DNA of 64,000 nt from Malacoraja senta. Taxonomy: Eukaryota. The stretch covers positions 16,308,001-16,372,000 of the forward strand of contig CM075990.1 of assembly GCA_038087875.1 (NCBI GenBank). The letters run 5' to 3'. The notes below the pieces were generated by a model. The model had not been told where the DNA came from and did not search any database. It saw only the letters and a program-made list of their open reading frames with translations. Shown one piece after another: positions 38,329 to 51,848 of this stretch. Within the stretch, counting starts at the first letter, position 1, and each line of letters opens with the position of its first letter. The position numbers and the translations under genes were made by a program.

Positions 38329-38448
38329 CCATGCTGGATGTTGATGGTCATCAGTGGGTCCTTGAACAATCTCCTGACTGGAACGTTGTGGAACTAGTTG
38401 TGAGAGGAGAGATTGTCTACACCTGTGCCATAAAAGAACTTGATTTTG
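38329..38448 (+). CDS. c10orf53: C10orf53 homologue, exon 2 (MLDVDGHQWVLEQSPDWNVVELVVRGEIVYTCAIKELDF)
   Basis: ttgaag|CC, G|gtaagc, 120 bp; DGH...DWNVVEL motif. Confidence 0.93.
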
Positions 38449-38810
38449 GTAAGCAGTTTGGTAATGGTTCTAGCATTGGTTCCAGCCCAAAAATAACCAT
38501 CGCATCGTATTACCATTTGCAAGTAATTAAAGCATTGAGACATGATAATGAGCAATTATTTTTGAATAATGACTAAACTGTTGTGCCCAGTTGGTGCAAA
38601 TTACAGGCCACCGAATCAAACTAGTCTGTATCTTCCTATGAATCATAGAAGACAGTCATATTTTTTAAATGGCGATGTAAGAAACTGCAGATGCTGGAAT
38701 CGTGAGCCAAAAATGAAGTAGTTAGCGGGTCAGACGGCATCCGTGGAAGGAATGGACAGTCTGAAGAGGGGTCCTGCTGCACTTCTACAGGGTATTGGTA
38801 AAGCCAGGCA

Positions 38811-38891
38811 ACATCTGGAGTAATACATCTGGAGTAATACATCTGGAGTACTACATCTGGAGTACTACATCTGGAGTACTACATCTGGAGT
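38811..38891. repeat. 14-bp tandem repeat ACATCTGGAGTA(A/C)T, ~6 copies
   Basis: Direct inspection. Confidence 0.9.
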
Positions 38892-40249
38892 CCCTCGTTT
38901 AAGAAATTAAATACAGGCATTGAAAGGAGATTCACTTAACTAATTTCTCGGGGTACGAGGATTGTTCTATCAAGCTTAGCTAAAGAGTTTAGCTTAGTTT
39001 ACTTTAGTTTATAGATACAACATGGAAGCAGGCCCTTTGACCCACCGAGTCCACACCGATCATCGGTCACCCATTCACACTAGATCCACGTTATTCCACT
39101 TTCTCATCCACTCCCTACACACTAGGGACAATATTATGGAGGTCGATTAACCTACAAACACGCACGTCTTTGGGATGTGGGAGAAAACCAGAGCACTCGG
39201 AGAAAACCCACACGGTCACAGGGAGAATGTGCAAACTCCACATAGATGGCACCCGAGGTCAGGATCAAACATGGGTCTCTGGTGCCGTGAGGCAGCAGCT
39301 CTACCAGCTGTGCCACTGTGCCACCCTTGAAGCAGTATTTTAGGGGCTTAGAAGACAGAAATCGTCTTCTTCTTTCGTGTCCGTCTTCCATGTTTCAAAT
39401 GCTGACGTCACTGTCATCGTCCGTCCTGAAACGGACGCAAGCTTCCGGCGACAACCACTTGTTGCCACAGATGATGGTGGTAGCAGAATTAGCTCGGGAT
39501 GCTTCCAGTTTCCAGCCCCGCGACGTGGACGCAGCTGCTATGGGGCCAGAAATCTTATTGAAACATTATATCTCTAAACTACGCAATCACGCCAAACAGT
39601 GACATAAATCACTTTAAACAACGTCTGTTACTGTTTGTTCATGCCAAGGAACTATTTCTCCCTTATGCAAACATACCTGCCAGTCACTCTTATAATGGTC
39701 TCCAAAGATTCTCAGCATGAGAGTTCCATTCTGATTAACACACAATTATTTTTATTGTCAGTCAACTAACCTTGAAGTAGCAGATGATTGCAGCCGAGCA
39801 GTTGTCACTCACATTACTTAACCCAATTGGCTAGAGATGTCTCAGCTTTGTCACATGGCAGGGTTGTAAGTACGAGCTTATTCTCATTAAGGGAGGAGGA
39901 CGGATGTTATCCCATTTATTCCGTTTCAAAGAGCTGGAGGTAATTCCCAATGATGGTGGCGATGATGATACTTTATTGTCACCTGTACTTAACTAGGTGC
40001 ATTGTATTTTGCAAACAAAGTATACAAAAGAGTCACCACAATGAATGGTGGCAACAAAGTTACAAAAAGTACTGACACCTTCTTCGTTTCCGCTGCCAAA
40101 GGTGGTGGTGGAGGCAAATACAATAGTGGCATTTAAGAGGCTTTTAGATAAACATATGGATATGGAGGGAATGGAGGGAAATGGATCATGTGTAGGCTGA
40201 GATTAGTTTAATTGGCATCATGTTCGGTACAGACATTCTCTTTGTTTCT

Positions 40250-40745
40250 TCATTACAATTTGGTTTGGGAACTGCTCTGCCCAGGACAAGAAGGCTCTGC
40301 AGAGAGTAGTGCGTTCGGCCGAACGCACTGTGGGAACTACACTCGCCCCCCTGCAGGAACTATACACCAGAAGGTGCAAATCCAGAGCCAAAAAGATCAT
40401 GGGGGACCCCTTCCACCCCAGCAACAGACTGTTCCAGCTGCTACAGTCAGGCAAACGCCTCCGTTGCCATGCTGTGAAAACAGAGAGGATGAGAAGGAGT
40501 TTCTTCCCAGAGGCCATTGGGACTGTAAACTATTTCACCAGGGACTAACTTTACTGTACCAATTTACTGTTGTGTGGTGTATTTTTTAAATTGCTGTTTT
40601 TTCTTTTTTTTTTCTTCCACAAATATGTAATTACTGATTCTGTTCCATTCTGTTTTGTAGTTTTTTTGCACCATCCGCAAGCATTGCCACTTTTCATTTC
40701 ACTGCACATCTCGTATGCATATGTGACGAATAAACTTGACTTGAC
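40250..40745 (+). mobile_element. Rex1/Babar-like LINE 3' fragment
   Basis: WFGNCSAQDKKALQRVVRSAE...DPFHPSNRLFQLLQSGKR...RSFFPEAI; AATAAA and (ACTTG)n tail. Confidence 0.8.
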
Positions 40746-40977
40746 TGGTTTATGTTCATAAGCTCTTGGAGCAGTATTAGGCCATTCGGCCCATTAAGTC
40801 TGCTCTGCCATTCAATCGTGGCTGTTCTATCTTTCCCCCTCAACTCCATTCTCCTGCCTTCTCCCATAATCCATCCCACCCCATAACACCCTGTGTTCAC
40901 ATTGGTAAATAATGTTTGATATCGTATTGCAGGAATGTAACCAGTTTACTGAGTTCTTTCCACACGTTCCTTTTCAG

Positions 40978-41042
40978 GAGGAGATGGGAAGCTGGACCCA
41001 CTCTGCAAGGCAGCGGTGAAAGCCGTACGACTAGCCTATTGA
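40978..41042 (+). CDS. c10orf53: C10orf53 homologue, exon 3 (GGDGKLDPLCKAAVKAVRLAY*)
   Basis: ttttcag|GA; GGDGKLDPLC motif; TGA stop. Spliced CDS is 279 nt (92 aa). AATAAA at 41204 and 41358. Confidence 0.93.
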
Positions 41043-43705
41043 TCAGCTTCACTGAGGGATGAATCACTGCTTCTCGACACTTCACATGCTTCTCCCGTCG
41101 CTGCCAAATAACATAAACTCCTCTTTGGGAATTATCAGCATCTTGAAGCAGAGCAGAATGTAATAGTTCTGTGTTTTACTCTTTTATCAGTATAATAGAA
41201 TTAAATAAAGTCACTTCATCCATATGAAATGGTCACAATATTCCTGTTCAAATATAAAATATTGGTCTTCCTGGCTGTAACGGCACCTGGTGTTTATAGA
41301 AAATAACAACTAATGCTTGAGATATACGTTTCCTTTATTTCCACAAATTTTATTCAGAATAAAAACTATGTACGAAAAAACTGCAAATTCGGTTCATACT
41401 TTTTCAGTGTCAATAGATTCAATAGTGTCATACTTCTTGCGTATGGCGTGCACAGCCTAAAGTTGTAAGACAACTTGTTCTGTTTGATCTTCTGTTGGTG
41501 CATGCCAGGTTGATAGCATTCGTCGAAACAGGGTGGACCACGTGAAGGTTGCAATCTCCCACCCCAGCGTCACACTCAGTAGTGTTCACACCTATCTGAA
41601 GAAGGGTCTCGACCCGAAACATCGCCCATTCCTTCTCTCCAGAGATGCTGCCTGTCCCGCTGAGTTATTCCAGCATTTAGTGTCCACCTAGGGATGTTTT
41701 AAGATGGACAACCAATTGATATTGGTTGTAAACCTGGTATTGGTATTATTTCATTATTGCCATGTGTACTGAGATACAGTGAAATGCTTTTGTTTGCATG
41801 CTATCCAATCAAATAAGATAATACTGTACATGAATACTGTCTGACCAAACACAAAGACAAACAGTAGAGAGAAGTGAAAAATACTAGAGTGCAGAATATA
41901 CATTTATCAGCATTGTGGTATAACAGTTCTCGAGAAAGAGTCTAATGTCCACAATGAGATAGGTGTTGTGGGACTAAACTCAGGCTTTGGGAGGACCATT
42001 CAGAAGTCACATAAAAGAGGGGCAGAAGCTGTTCCTGTGTCTGGCAGTATGTGCTTTCAAGGGAGGAGAAGAAGGAATGACTGTGGTAGGAAAGGTCCTG
42101 GATACGTTGCTAATGCAGCGTGAAGTGTAGATGAAGTCAATGATCTGGTCTGTATGATGGAGTGGGCTTCATCCACAACTCTCAGCAGGGTGGGGGTGTT
42201 CCCAAACCATGCTGAAAAACGTACACAGAACATTACAGCACAGGAACTGGCCCTTCAGCCCACAATATCCATGCCAAACAGTATGCCACGTTAAATTGAT
42301 GATGCCAAATTAAAGTAATAAACAAGAATTTTTAGAGAAACACCGCGGAAACAGGCCCTTCGGCCCACCGGCACCATGCCAAACAGCGATCCCCGCACAC
42401 ATTAACACTATCCTACACACACTAGGGACAATTTTTACATTTATACCAAGCCAATTTATCTACATACCTGTACGTCTTTGGAGGGTGGGAGGAAACCGAC
42501 AATCTCAGAGAAATCCCACGCAGGTCACGGGGATAACGTACAAACTCCGTACAGACAGCTCCTGTAGTCAGGATTGAACCCGGGTCTCTGGTGTTATAAG
42601 GCAGCAACTCTACCACTGTGCCACCGGTGAACACGACTACATCCACAACTCTCTGCAATTTCTTGCATTCTTGGGTGGTAGTGACAAACCAAGCTGACAA
42701 ACCAACATAGAACATTACAGCACGGGGACAGGCCCTTCAGCCCACAATACCTGCAACTAAATGTTAAATTGATGATGCCAAGTTGAACTATAAGAAGCAA
42801 GTTTGCAGAGTATGAAAGCACAGAGTGCCTAAAGTAAGGAATTCCCAGACTTAGAACAAAATAGCTGAAGGCACAAAGCCATCATTTGGAACAATATATG
42901 ATTGATAGTGCGGAAAAGTAAACAAGAAGGTGTTGTCAATGAAGTGAAATAGCTTTGACAGGCTGGGAACATGAGCTGTTAGCTTTATATCTCAGTCCTC
43001 AGGTGGGCATCTGTATTGTGAATCATCTGCATGGAAGGCGTGAATATTTTTCTTTCACTTTTTGAAAAATAAACAGGTGGTAGATTACTGAAGCTCACAA
43101 ACAAAGACAATTCCTCCGGGCCTTTTGTGTTGAGGTCTGGAGGGAACATAATATGGTTAAATGGAGACACAAGGAACTGCAGATGCTGGAATCTTCAGTG
43201 AACCACAATGTTCTCCATCTGTGGAGTGGGAAGGATCCACACCTGAAACTTCAACTGTCCATTCCACCCACAGATGCTGCCTGGCCCTCTGAGTTCCTCC
43301 AGCATAACATGTTGTGTTTTGCATAACATGGTTAAGCTACTCATAAGATGACAAGAGCTAGTTCATAGCAAAGTAGGGCATTTCTAGATCCAAGAACTGG
43401 AGTTCAAAACAGGAAAAATATGATTGCAAATGTAACCAAGAAGTCAGCCGTGGTAAGAGGGTTCTGGTCAGGTAATTAGCGGTCCAGAGGTCTTTAGAAC
43501 ATGAGGAACATTATTAAATCGGGTGCTGATATTCATCATCATGTCAGAAATAAAAGCAGTAAACGGTGGAAACTCTCAGCAAGTCAGACAGCATCTGTGG
43601 AAAGAGAAGCAGAGCTCCCAATTTAGCTCTGGGTCTCTTCTTCAGAACTGGGAAACAGAGAAAACAAGTTAGTTTTAAGAGAAAAAAGAAGTTAGTTCGA
43701 AGAGT

Positions 43706-44018
43706 GGGCTGCATGGTGGCGCAGCGGTAGAGTTGCTGCCTTACAGCGCTAGAGACCCAGGTTCGATCCGGACTATGGGTGCTGTCTGTACAGAGTTTGT
43801 ATGTTCTCCCTGTGACCTGAGGTGGTTTTCTCCGGGATCTCTGGTTTCCTCCCACACTCCAAAGACGTACAGGTTTGTAGGTTAATTGGCTTGGTATAAT
43901 TGTAACAAAAAATTGCCGCTATTGTGTGTCGGATAGTGTTAGTGTGCGGGGATTGCTGGTTTTTGCGGATTCGGTGGGCCGAAGGGCCTGTTTTCGCACT
44001 GTATCTCTAAACTAAAAA
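43706..44018 (+). mobile_element. Full-length V-SINE/HE1-like tRNA-derived SINE
   Basis: A box TGGCGCAGCGG (43717), B box GGTTCGATCC (43760), core, and gggccgaagggcctg...ctaaactaaa tail. Other + copies at ~491-776, 8903-9180, 11745-11975, 20837-21040, 31984-32270, 36460-36775, 52400-52624. Confidence 0.85.
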
Positions 44019-46089
44019 ATATGCTCTTGAAAATATACAGGTCGAGATAACCTCCAGGCTCCATAGGGCACATGTGTCCTGGCAGACCTTACCTCTGGGT
44101 CAACGATTGGGGCACAGAAACTTGGTCTTCCATCCACATCCACTGAGTTACTGTAATTCTACATCCTGCATTATGACAAGGCCGTGAACCAAGGCTCCAA
44201 ACACTCATTCAAGTGAATGCAAAAGAGGCCAAGACACGATCGGCTGGGGGTTTAGAAGCTGCAGCCAAATTAACAAAGCATTGTGTATTTTAGTCGGCCT
44301 GTTTTCCTGAGTAATGTCATCAAGTAGAATCCAATACTCTATTTCATGGTGGAGAGAGTTCTGATTCCATCAGGTATCCAAACATAAAATTGCATTTCAC
44401 TAGATTATTGCATCCAAACATAATAGAGTTTTATGTTATGCTGGAAATAACATATTAATTCACCGTACGTACCTGATGGAATGACAACAGATGCATCAGG
44501 GAATATACTGGAGATCAGACTCAGCTAAGACTATTGCCTACCATAAAGATCAGTGTTGACTGTCAGAATCCCACCCTGAAAGGGGTTAATTACTTGTTCC
44601 CCTGGGGTCGGTAATACACATAGTGCTTTGATTTGGAATTAGTCACCCAACATCAATAATAGAACGCAGAGAGGAATTACGAGGATGTTGCCAGGAATCG
44701 AGGACTTGAGCTGGAGGGAGAGGTTAGGCAAGCTGTTTATAGAAATATTTATTTCTTGGAGTGCAGGAGGCTAAGGGGTGGTTTAGTTTAGTTTAGTTTA
44801 GAGTTACAGTGCGGAAACGGGCCCTCCGACCCACCGAGTCCGCGCCAACCAGCAATCCCCACACACACTATCCTACACACACAAGGGACAATTTACATGT
44901 ATACCAAGCCAATTAACCTACATACCTGTATGTCTTTAATTTATTTTTGATTCAAGTGTCATTATATTAGGCATTAAAGGCAAAGTCATTTATACTCCTT
45001 TGGTATCATGTTAATTTATGATTTAATAAACATATTTCAAAATCTAAAGTCAAATGGATAATAAATTCTGAACTTTAAAATCATGCAGTCAACATGCCAA
45101 TTGTCATGGCAACAGGCACTAACCTTTTTCTTCACATTCAAAATGGTTTTGATAGACATAGACTATATTTTTAAATTCAAACAATCATCCCATCTGCTTT
45201 TAAAACTGTCTTAAGATATTATCATTCATAGCACACAGAATCTGGTTCACAGCTTTCATCCTAGGTGAATGGAATATGGAACAACTTTCCCTCTGATTAT
45301 ATGCATTGTTTTTCCACATTAAGGGCAAAGAGGTAACAGATTTATTCATTAAATTACCCATTCCCTTTCATGGGCCTATTCAACAAAATATGGATCTTGA
45401 ATATTTAATCTTCATCCGTTTAATTGCAACATGGTATATTTAATACATGGAGGATGACAGATGGTTCAGAGTTTACTACAAGGTTGTTGCATGCTTGGGG
45501 ATCTACTAACATTAAGAAGGACAGCAAACCTAGAACAGTTTACAACATTTGGATCAGTGTTTATTGCAGCATCAAGAATATGCAGCCATTTCACTTCTTT
45601 ATAATCGTACTGTCCACCCTCAACACCATCTTAGTATTCAGTGGCAATTCCTAGAAAGTTTTCCTATCGCATTTATCGTACACAGCAGGGAAAAGTATAT
45701 ACTATTGACAATGTCACTGATAGTGGTGTCAAGCTTAAATTATTGAATATTTTTGGTTGGATTTAGTGATGCAGGAGCCAATGCGGTACATTAAACCGAT
45801 TTCATAAATCAGCAATAATTGTTGGATGTTTTTGTGTGAAATATGCATTGATGTGTATAATTTTAATATTTTTGAGGCAACCAATTTGACATCCATTCTG
45901 TATTAAATCTAGTATTTTTTTTAACCATATCATCACCATCAAAATCATTAACCTTTGAAAATGACAGCACAGATTTTTGAGAAATTACAGAAATCTGCAG
46001 GACGTTCAAAAGCCAATACTTCAGGAGGCAAAGGACATATCGGTCTTCATTTCAAAGTGGGGATGGGGGGGGGGGGGGGGGTGGTGGTG

Positions 46090-46290
46090 GTGCAATGGAC
46101 AAAGTGGGATGTAGAAGTTGCTGCTTCACGGGAAGAGTCCTTGGGTCTCTGTACAACAGAAATGGAGAAGCTACAGCAGGCGCTGAACCTTTGCTGTTGC
46201 ATTGGTCTGTGGTGTGAGAAGGGAAATGGACAGTGGTTCGAATGCCTCATGGAGGGAATGCTTCCTTCTGATGCAGAAGGGGACAGGGAG
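46090..46290 (-). mobile_element. Old degenerate Penelope-like ORF fragment
   Basis: Frameshifted similarity to the Cys-rich linker/GIY-YIG start of PLEs (Q(G/R)PK...KQ). A similar + remnant, TSSLSTIQALK...FIC.FSN, lies at 54260-54830. Confidence 0.4.
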
Positions 46291-48576
46291 GATGTGTCTT
46301 GTGAATATTTACTGTATCAGTGCAGAGCTGGCAAACTGAGACAGCAAATACTAAAAGTTGACCAAAATGCTTCATGCATTAATAAGGAAATGAAAGTACA
46401 GTTAGCACATACTGAAGGACACACTTGATCATTCATTGGTTAAGTCCCGCTGAGTCCTGATGCATGCTCTTGACCCAAATCCTCGACAATCTGTTACCAC
46501 CACAGATACAGCCTAACCTGTATAGACACAAAATGCTGGAGAAACTCAGCGGGACAGGCGGAATTTTTGGAAAGAAGGAATCAGTGATGTTTCGGGTCGA
46601 GACCCTTCTTCAGACTGGTCAATGTGGGAATGGGAAGGAGAATTAAAGTGTTTAACAACCTGCTGTATTCCTTTAGCTGTGTTGTTTTTTGCTCCGGATT
46701 CAAGCATCTGCTGTCTTGTTTCTGTAAGTATTCCCTCAGTTACACAACAACTAAGTTGTTCAAGGTGTTTTGGTAGGCATTATAGCAAGTTCACAATTTT
46801 TTTTTAAACCAACAAAGAAAACAACCTATTTCTGATCTGCACTGGGTCTTCACTGGCATTTTAGCATCAATGGTGCTTCAATTGTAACTCATTTACAATC
46901 TTTATTTTGATGTCTTCAAAGCACAACCTTGACATTTAAACGTGTTGTGAAGGAGGGCGCTACAAAGCTATATTTCTTGTAGCTCAGTGCACGTCTTAAA
47001 ACCAACTCCATGCAAACTTAAAACCAAGACCTTTCTTTCTCTTGGCTTAATTCATCCAAAAGGGTAAATCCAGGTATCAAAATATTTGGGAATATCACTG
47101 CTAAATGGTAAACGTCTATAGTGAAAGTTATTGCCTGCAAAGTAACTTGCACGAAAGACTTGCTTAATGCCTCACTTGCCTTTATTCTACAAAAGGTCTT
47201 TTTTGAATGTTAAATGCATTATTCATTTTCTGGCCTTAAAAGCTTTTGATATAAAAAAAATCCAAAAGTACTAAATAGCCTAAAAATATAAAAAACACAC
47301 TTTATCACAAATCAATTAGTTCAATCAATTCTGAGAATTGATTTATTTGTATTTACTTTTCAAATTTTATATTAAAATTGTAATTATACATGATTTTTAT
47401 TAAATATTATCATTAGATGTTAAGTAGGATGTGCTGACAGGAAAGCATAAATGGAATAGAGAATTTGAATAAAGTGCATGTACAACAGGCAAGATGTTTT
47501 CAATTTTTGCCCATCTATGTCTGCATAGCAGAGGACCTTTCCTCAAGAAATCGACTTAATCAACAGTAAATCCATGATTGGATGGACTGAAGAAACAAAG
47601 AACTGCAGATGCTGGTTAATACTCAAAAGCACACAAAGTGCTGGAGTAACTCAGCAGGTCAGGCAGCATCTCCGGAGAACATGGATAGGTGACATTTCGG
47701 GGTGAAACAATTCTTTAGACTGGGTCTGAAGAAAAGTCAAGACCCAAAACGTCATCTATCCATGTTCTCCAAAGATGCTGCCTGACCTGTTGAGTTACTT
47801 CAACACTTTGAATCCCTTTTTATTGGATAGACTGACCTAATTTCTTCTGTGTATCACGCACAATGAATCAATTAATGTTACCTCATTCTAAGTTTTCACA
47901 TCTTGGAGTTTGAAGGCAGCTTTCTAGTTGCAGTGTTCGTCTTGAGAAGAGCTGTTCAATTGAATATTTAACAATATTTATTTCTCCCTTTTAGAAACCC
48001 AAATTGATTTTGCTTCCATCACTGTTTCTCTGGTAGGACATCTCATGTCCCTTGTACACATTTTCTTCCTTGACAATCTTCAGTTTATACCCTCAGTCAC
48101 TGAACAACCAATCTCTATAAATGTCCTTCCCCTTTTACAGCTCATCAAAAAATAATAAAGTTAGAGGAAAGCGTAGTCTTGTAACTGTATTAAATTTCAC
48201 TTGACATCTTTCTGCTTATCGTAGCTCCTTTCAGTTAAGCAAACTTCATACTTTTATAATTTTTAAATATTTCCCTACTTCAAATTTACATTGTACCCTG
48301 AATATGCAAGACCAGTTGTAGGCAATTCATAGAGTCTAACAGCATGGAATGAGAATGAGAATGAGAATATTTTAACTGCTCATAGTGTGGAAACAGGCCC
48401 TTTGGCCCAACTTATCCACATACCGACCAACATGTTTCGTCAACACTAGTCCCACCTGCCTGCGTTTGGCCCATATCTCTCTAAACCTGTCCTACCCATG
48501 TGCTTGTCTAAAGGTGGACAAAAATGCTGGAGATACTCAGCGGGTGAGGCAGCATCTATGGAGCGAAGGAATAGGT

Positions 48577-48604
48577 GACGTTTCGGGTCGAGACCCTTCT
48601 TCAG
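48577..48604 (-). ncRNA. Minimal type-I hammerhead ribozyme motif (Penelope-like terminus)
   Basis: Minus strand ATCAGT-CTGAAGA-A-GGGT(CTCG)ACCC-GAAAC-GTC-ACCTAT. Confidence 0.6.
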
Positions 48605-51432
48605 ACTGATGTGGAGAAATGTTTAAATGTTTACCTGCCTAAATGTTTCTTAAATGTTGCAATAGCATCTGCCTTAACTATCTTAGCTTGTTCCATATAC
48701 CCACCGCCGTTTGTGTGAAATAACAATGAACTTTGTGTGAAATAATAAAAATGCTGAAGGATCTTGTACATGATTAAAATAAGCAACTTATTATGCCGCT
48801 TTACCCAACTTCAAATGAAGGCTTTAATATTTTAAAACATTTATTGATAAATTCTGGAATACTGTATCCCATTTGATTTATATATATCTTTGGGGTCCTC
48901 GTGGGCCAACTTCAGACGATAGAAAATGGCATGCTACGTCATAAGCATAATACTTTGATTGTTCAAACGGGATTTTTGCAACCTGCAGGATTTGACACCC
49001 AACATGTTTCTGAGAGTGCTGTTTACACTTCACAGCAAATATGATGTATTAGCCAGTCACAGTGAGTGCTTAATATACAAGGATGTTAACCAGCATCCAG
49101 AAAGTGCACTGGTTGCAGAAGTAGGAAATGGCTTGATGTCAAATACTCCAGGTGAAAGTTTTATTTTGGAGGGACATATTGTGATGGGTGAGGAACTTTC
49201 CATGTTGCTCATTCTCACCATGTCTGTTTCTGGAGGAAAATTAATAGAAGAAAAGTTCTACTCAGATTTCAGGCAACCAGTGTATTTTGTTCATTCCAGG
49301 AAACACGGTTGACATGTATTAAAATAATCAACTAGAAATGATTAAAAAAAGACTTTAATGCACACCATGAAGAAACGGACTGACCAATAGTTCAATGCAG
49401 ATCCATCTCACAGCTAATAATACATAATAATAATACAAACAAGCTGGCTCTACATTTAACAAATCACCAGAAATAATAAATCCTTAAAATTAACCAATCC
49501 CCTACCAACAATGGAAAGACATCGTAAATTCTGTGTAGCTGCATCAATCTTTTAGTGTAACATTGTTTGTCAGTTACTTCTTATTCTCCTACATATGCAG
49601 AGCTGGCGTTTGTTTCCATCACATGCCTCACATACATTGAAGAGTCACTCTTGGAACGTTGATACTCCTTTGACAATTAGCAATATTTCTTGTTTTAAAC
49701 TAGTAAAATCAGTTTATATTTACATCCATTTTTTTTGCTAAATTTAACAAACAAAAATATAGTTATGTTCTAATATAATTTTCTATTATGCATTACATTA
49801 ATGCATACAATGTAAACTGCGCTGGCCAAGTGCTGATCTTCAGAAAGTGCCAACTTGATTTAATCATCTCCATTCCACTGAAAGTGAACATTTATTAACA
49901 GTTTGGATAGTTTCTCCTGCAGATTTATTTTTTGGACTTTTCTCACAAGCTGAAACACCTCATTACTGTAAGTACTTTTCAGTATCTTGGACAATTATTT
50001 TGCTGTTTGAGGTTATTCAATGTTAGTTGAGAGTGACATTAGGAATCAAAATATGCCTTGCTCCCGATCCAGATTCCAATCCTAACACACAATGTGAGAT
50101 TACATTTACAGCTCCATGCTGTGACAAATAAAGATAAAGTTTTGCAGCAACTCCCTATCCAATTAACCTTCACCTAACTTTGCTGCTGCAATGGTAACCA
50201 ATTACACAAAATAAACTGTGGTAACATTTATATGAAGGTGCAAGATCTGCAATCTCAAAATGCAAGTTCAACTTTTGTTCTTAAATTTAGAAATTAGCAT
50301 CTTGCCTCACTTACAGGGATTCAGCTATATTTAAACATAAATCTTATTATTTTGTATATTTTAACAAAGGATAATTAGCACCCCTTCTAAACCTCCCCAA
50401 TTTTATTTTTTAAGCATGGCAATGACTTGTTCAGAAATACATTCATCTATCTAATTTGGAAATTAAATAGAATGCTGCATAATGAACCATGGAATGTAGG
50501 ATTTCTTCCACAAGCAAAGATGAAGAATATTCATTTACATGCATTGTTAGCATTTTTCAGGTCAATTGTATTGACAGATAAATTGTTACTTACAATTATA
50601 TACGGTAGTGTTTTAATCAATATCCCTATATTCTAAAGGTGCTTTAATGGTCCCTATTTCTTGATGGGTTAAGATCAAGTAGTATACTGAATAGTTCTGT
50701 ATTAAGTTAATTTGATGTAAATCTCCTTTGCCTAGCCTTTCCAATAAACGCATAACCCTCCTAGAATAATTGTGCTTTCATTGATGATAGATGCGATTGT
50801 CAATCTAAAACTTGAAGATGCAATTTTTCTCCAACAAACGATGAAATTGCACCAGGTCTTTCATTACAAATGGAAGATGCTACATTTTAAAATCACTATT
50901 TGTACACTCCATTGATCACATCATTGCACTGAGAGCAGAGAGATAATATTCTTTATGAATGAATCATGTGCCATTGTATCCCATTTCCTTATTGGCAAAT
51001 TAGCAATGTTGCATGTACAATTGAAGATCAAGAAAGTTAAGTGCTGACATTATGATGGTATATTATTATAGGAAGCCCAAAAGGGTAATTTTTGAAATTA
51101 TAGAGAAACAGTAATATTTTTTTTACAGCTGGCATTGAGAAACAATTGTAATATATAAATCAAGTCAAGAGTATACTCTTACCTGGTCCTCAATTTGCAT
51201 AAAGTGGTATTTTACATCCCCAACTTAATAGTAAAGTAGAAAATAACTGAAAATGTTCACATTTACATGAACGACAGCAATAAAGACAATACAAATGAAC
51301 AGTAATTACTTGAGTAATATTTTTTTCCACCACAGTAAGATTCAATGTCCTTGAAATAACACCTAATTCAATGTCCACAGGATTTTATATGACCTGATGA
51401 AAAAAGACCTAAGAAAGCACGGTCCCAGATGT

Positions 51433-51532
51433 TTAGAAGTTGAAAGACCTGTCCAGGATTTGCTGCAGCTCTACAAGGTGAGTATTCTTGTTACCTGTGG
51501 CTGGTGCAGCTGCAGGTTCACGCCCAACATAA
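51433..51532 (-). CDS. ogdhl: 2-oxoglutarate dehydrogenase-like E1, last coding exon ([32 protein letters not shown])
   Basis: Minus-strand tacag|T acceptor; [12 protein letters not shown] motif; TAA at 51435-51433. Confidence 0.92.
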
Positions 51533-51848
51533 CTGTAGGAAGTTAAATGAAATCAATTTAAATGGCAGCATAGGATTTAGACTTCAAACTTTGAACAAAA
51601 GTATCTGCTTGTTACCCGAAAAACATTCATTTTGCATTTTAAATTTTTTTTACTCAAAAATATATTGTTAAATTGCTTTATTAAATAACATGCGAATTAA
51701 ATCATGATCCTGAATTTTAATAAGGAAACATTGTTGACATTTGAGATGGCTGAGGGATATTTTGTTAATAAAACTGCCAGCTCTAAATCACAAATGCAGG
51801 CCAAATTAGATTATAGATAGTAACATTCTTTATGACTCCAAGACATAA

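Noticed and set aside
43706..43780. tRNA gene (also other GGTTCGATCC sites)
   Set aside because: A/B boxes belong to SINE heads followed by SINE core and tail.
45955..46428. 157-aa + strand ORF
   Set aside because: Spans a G-run and the antisense of a decayed Penelope-like fragment; no recognisable homology.
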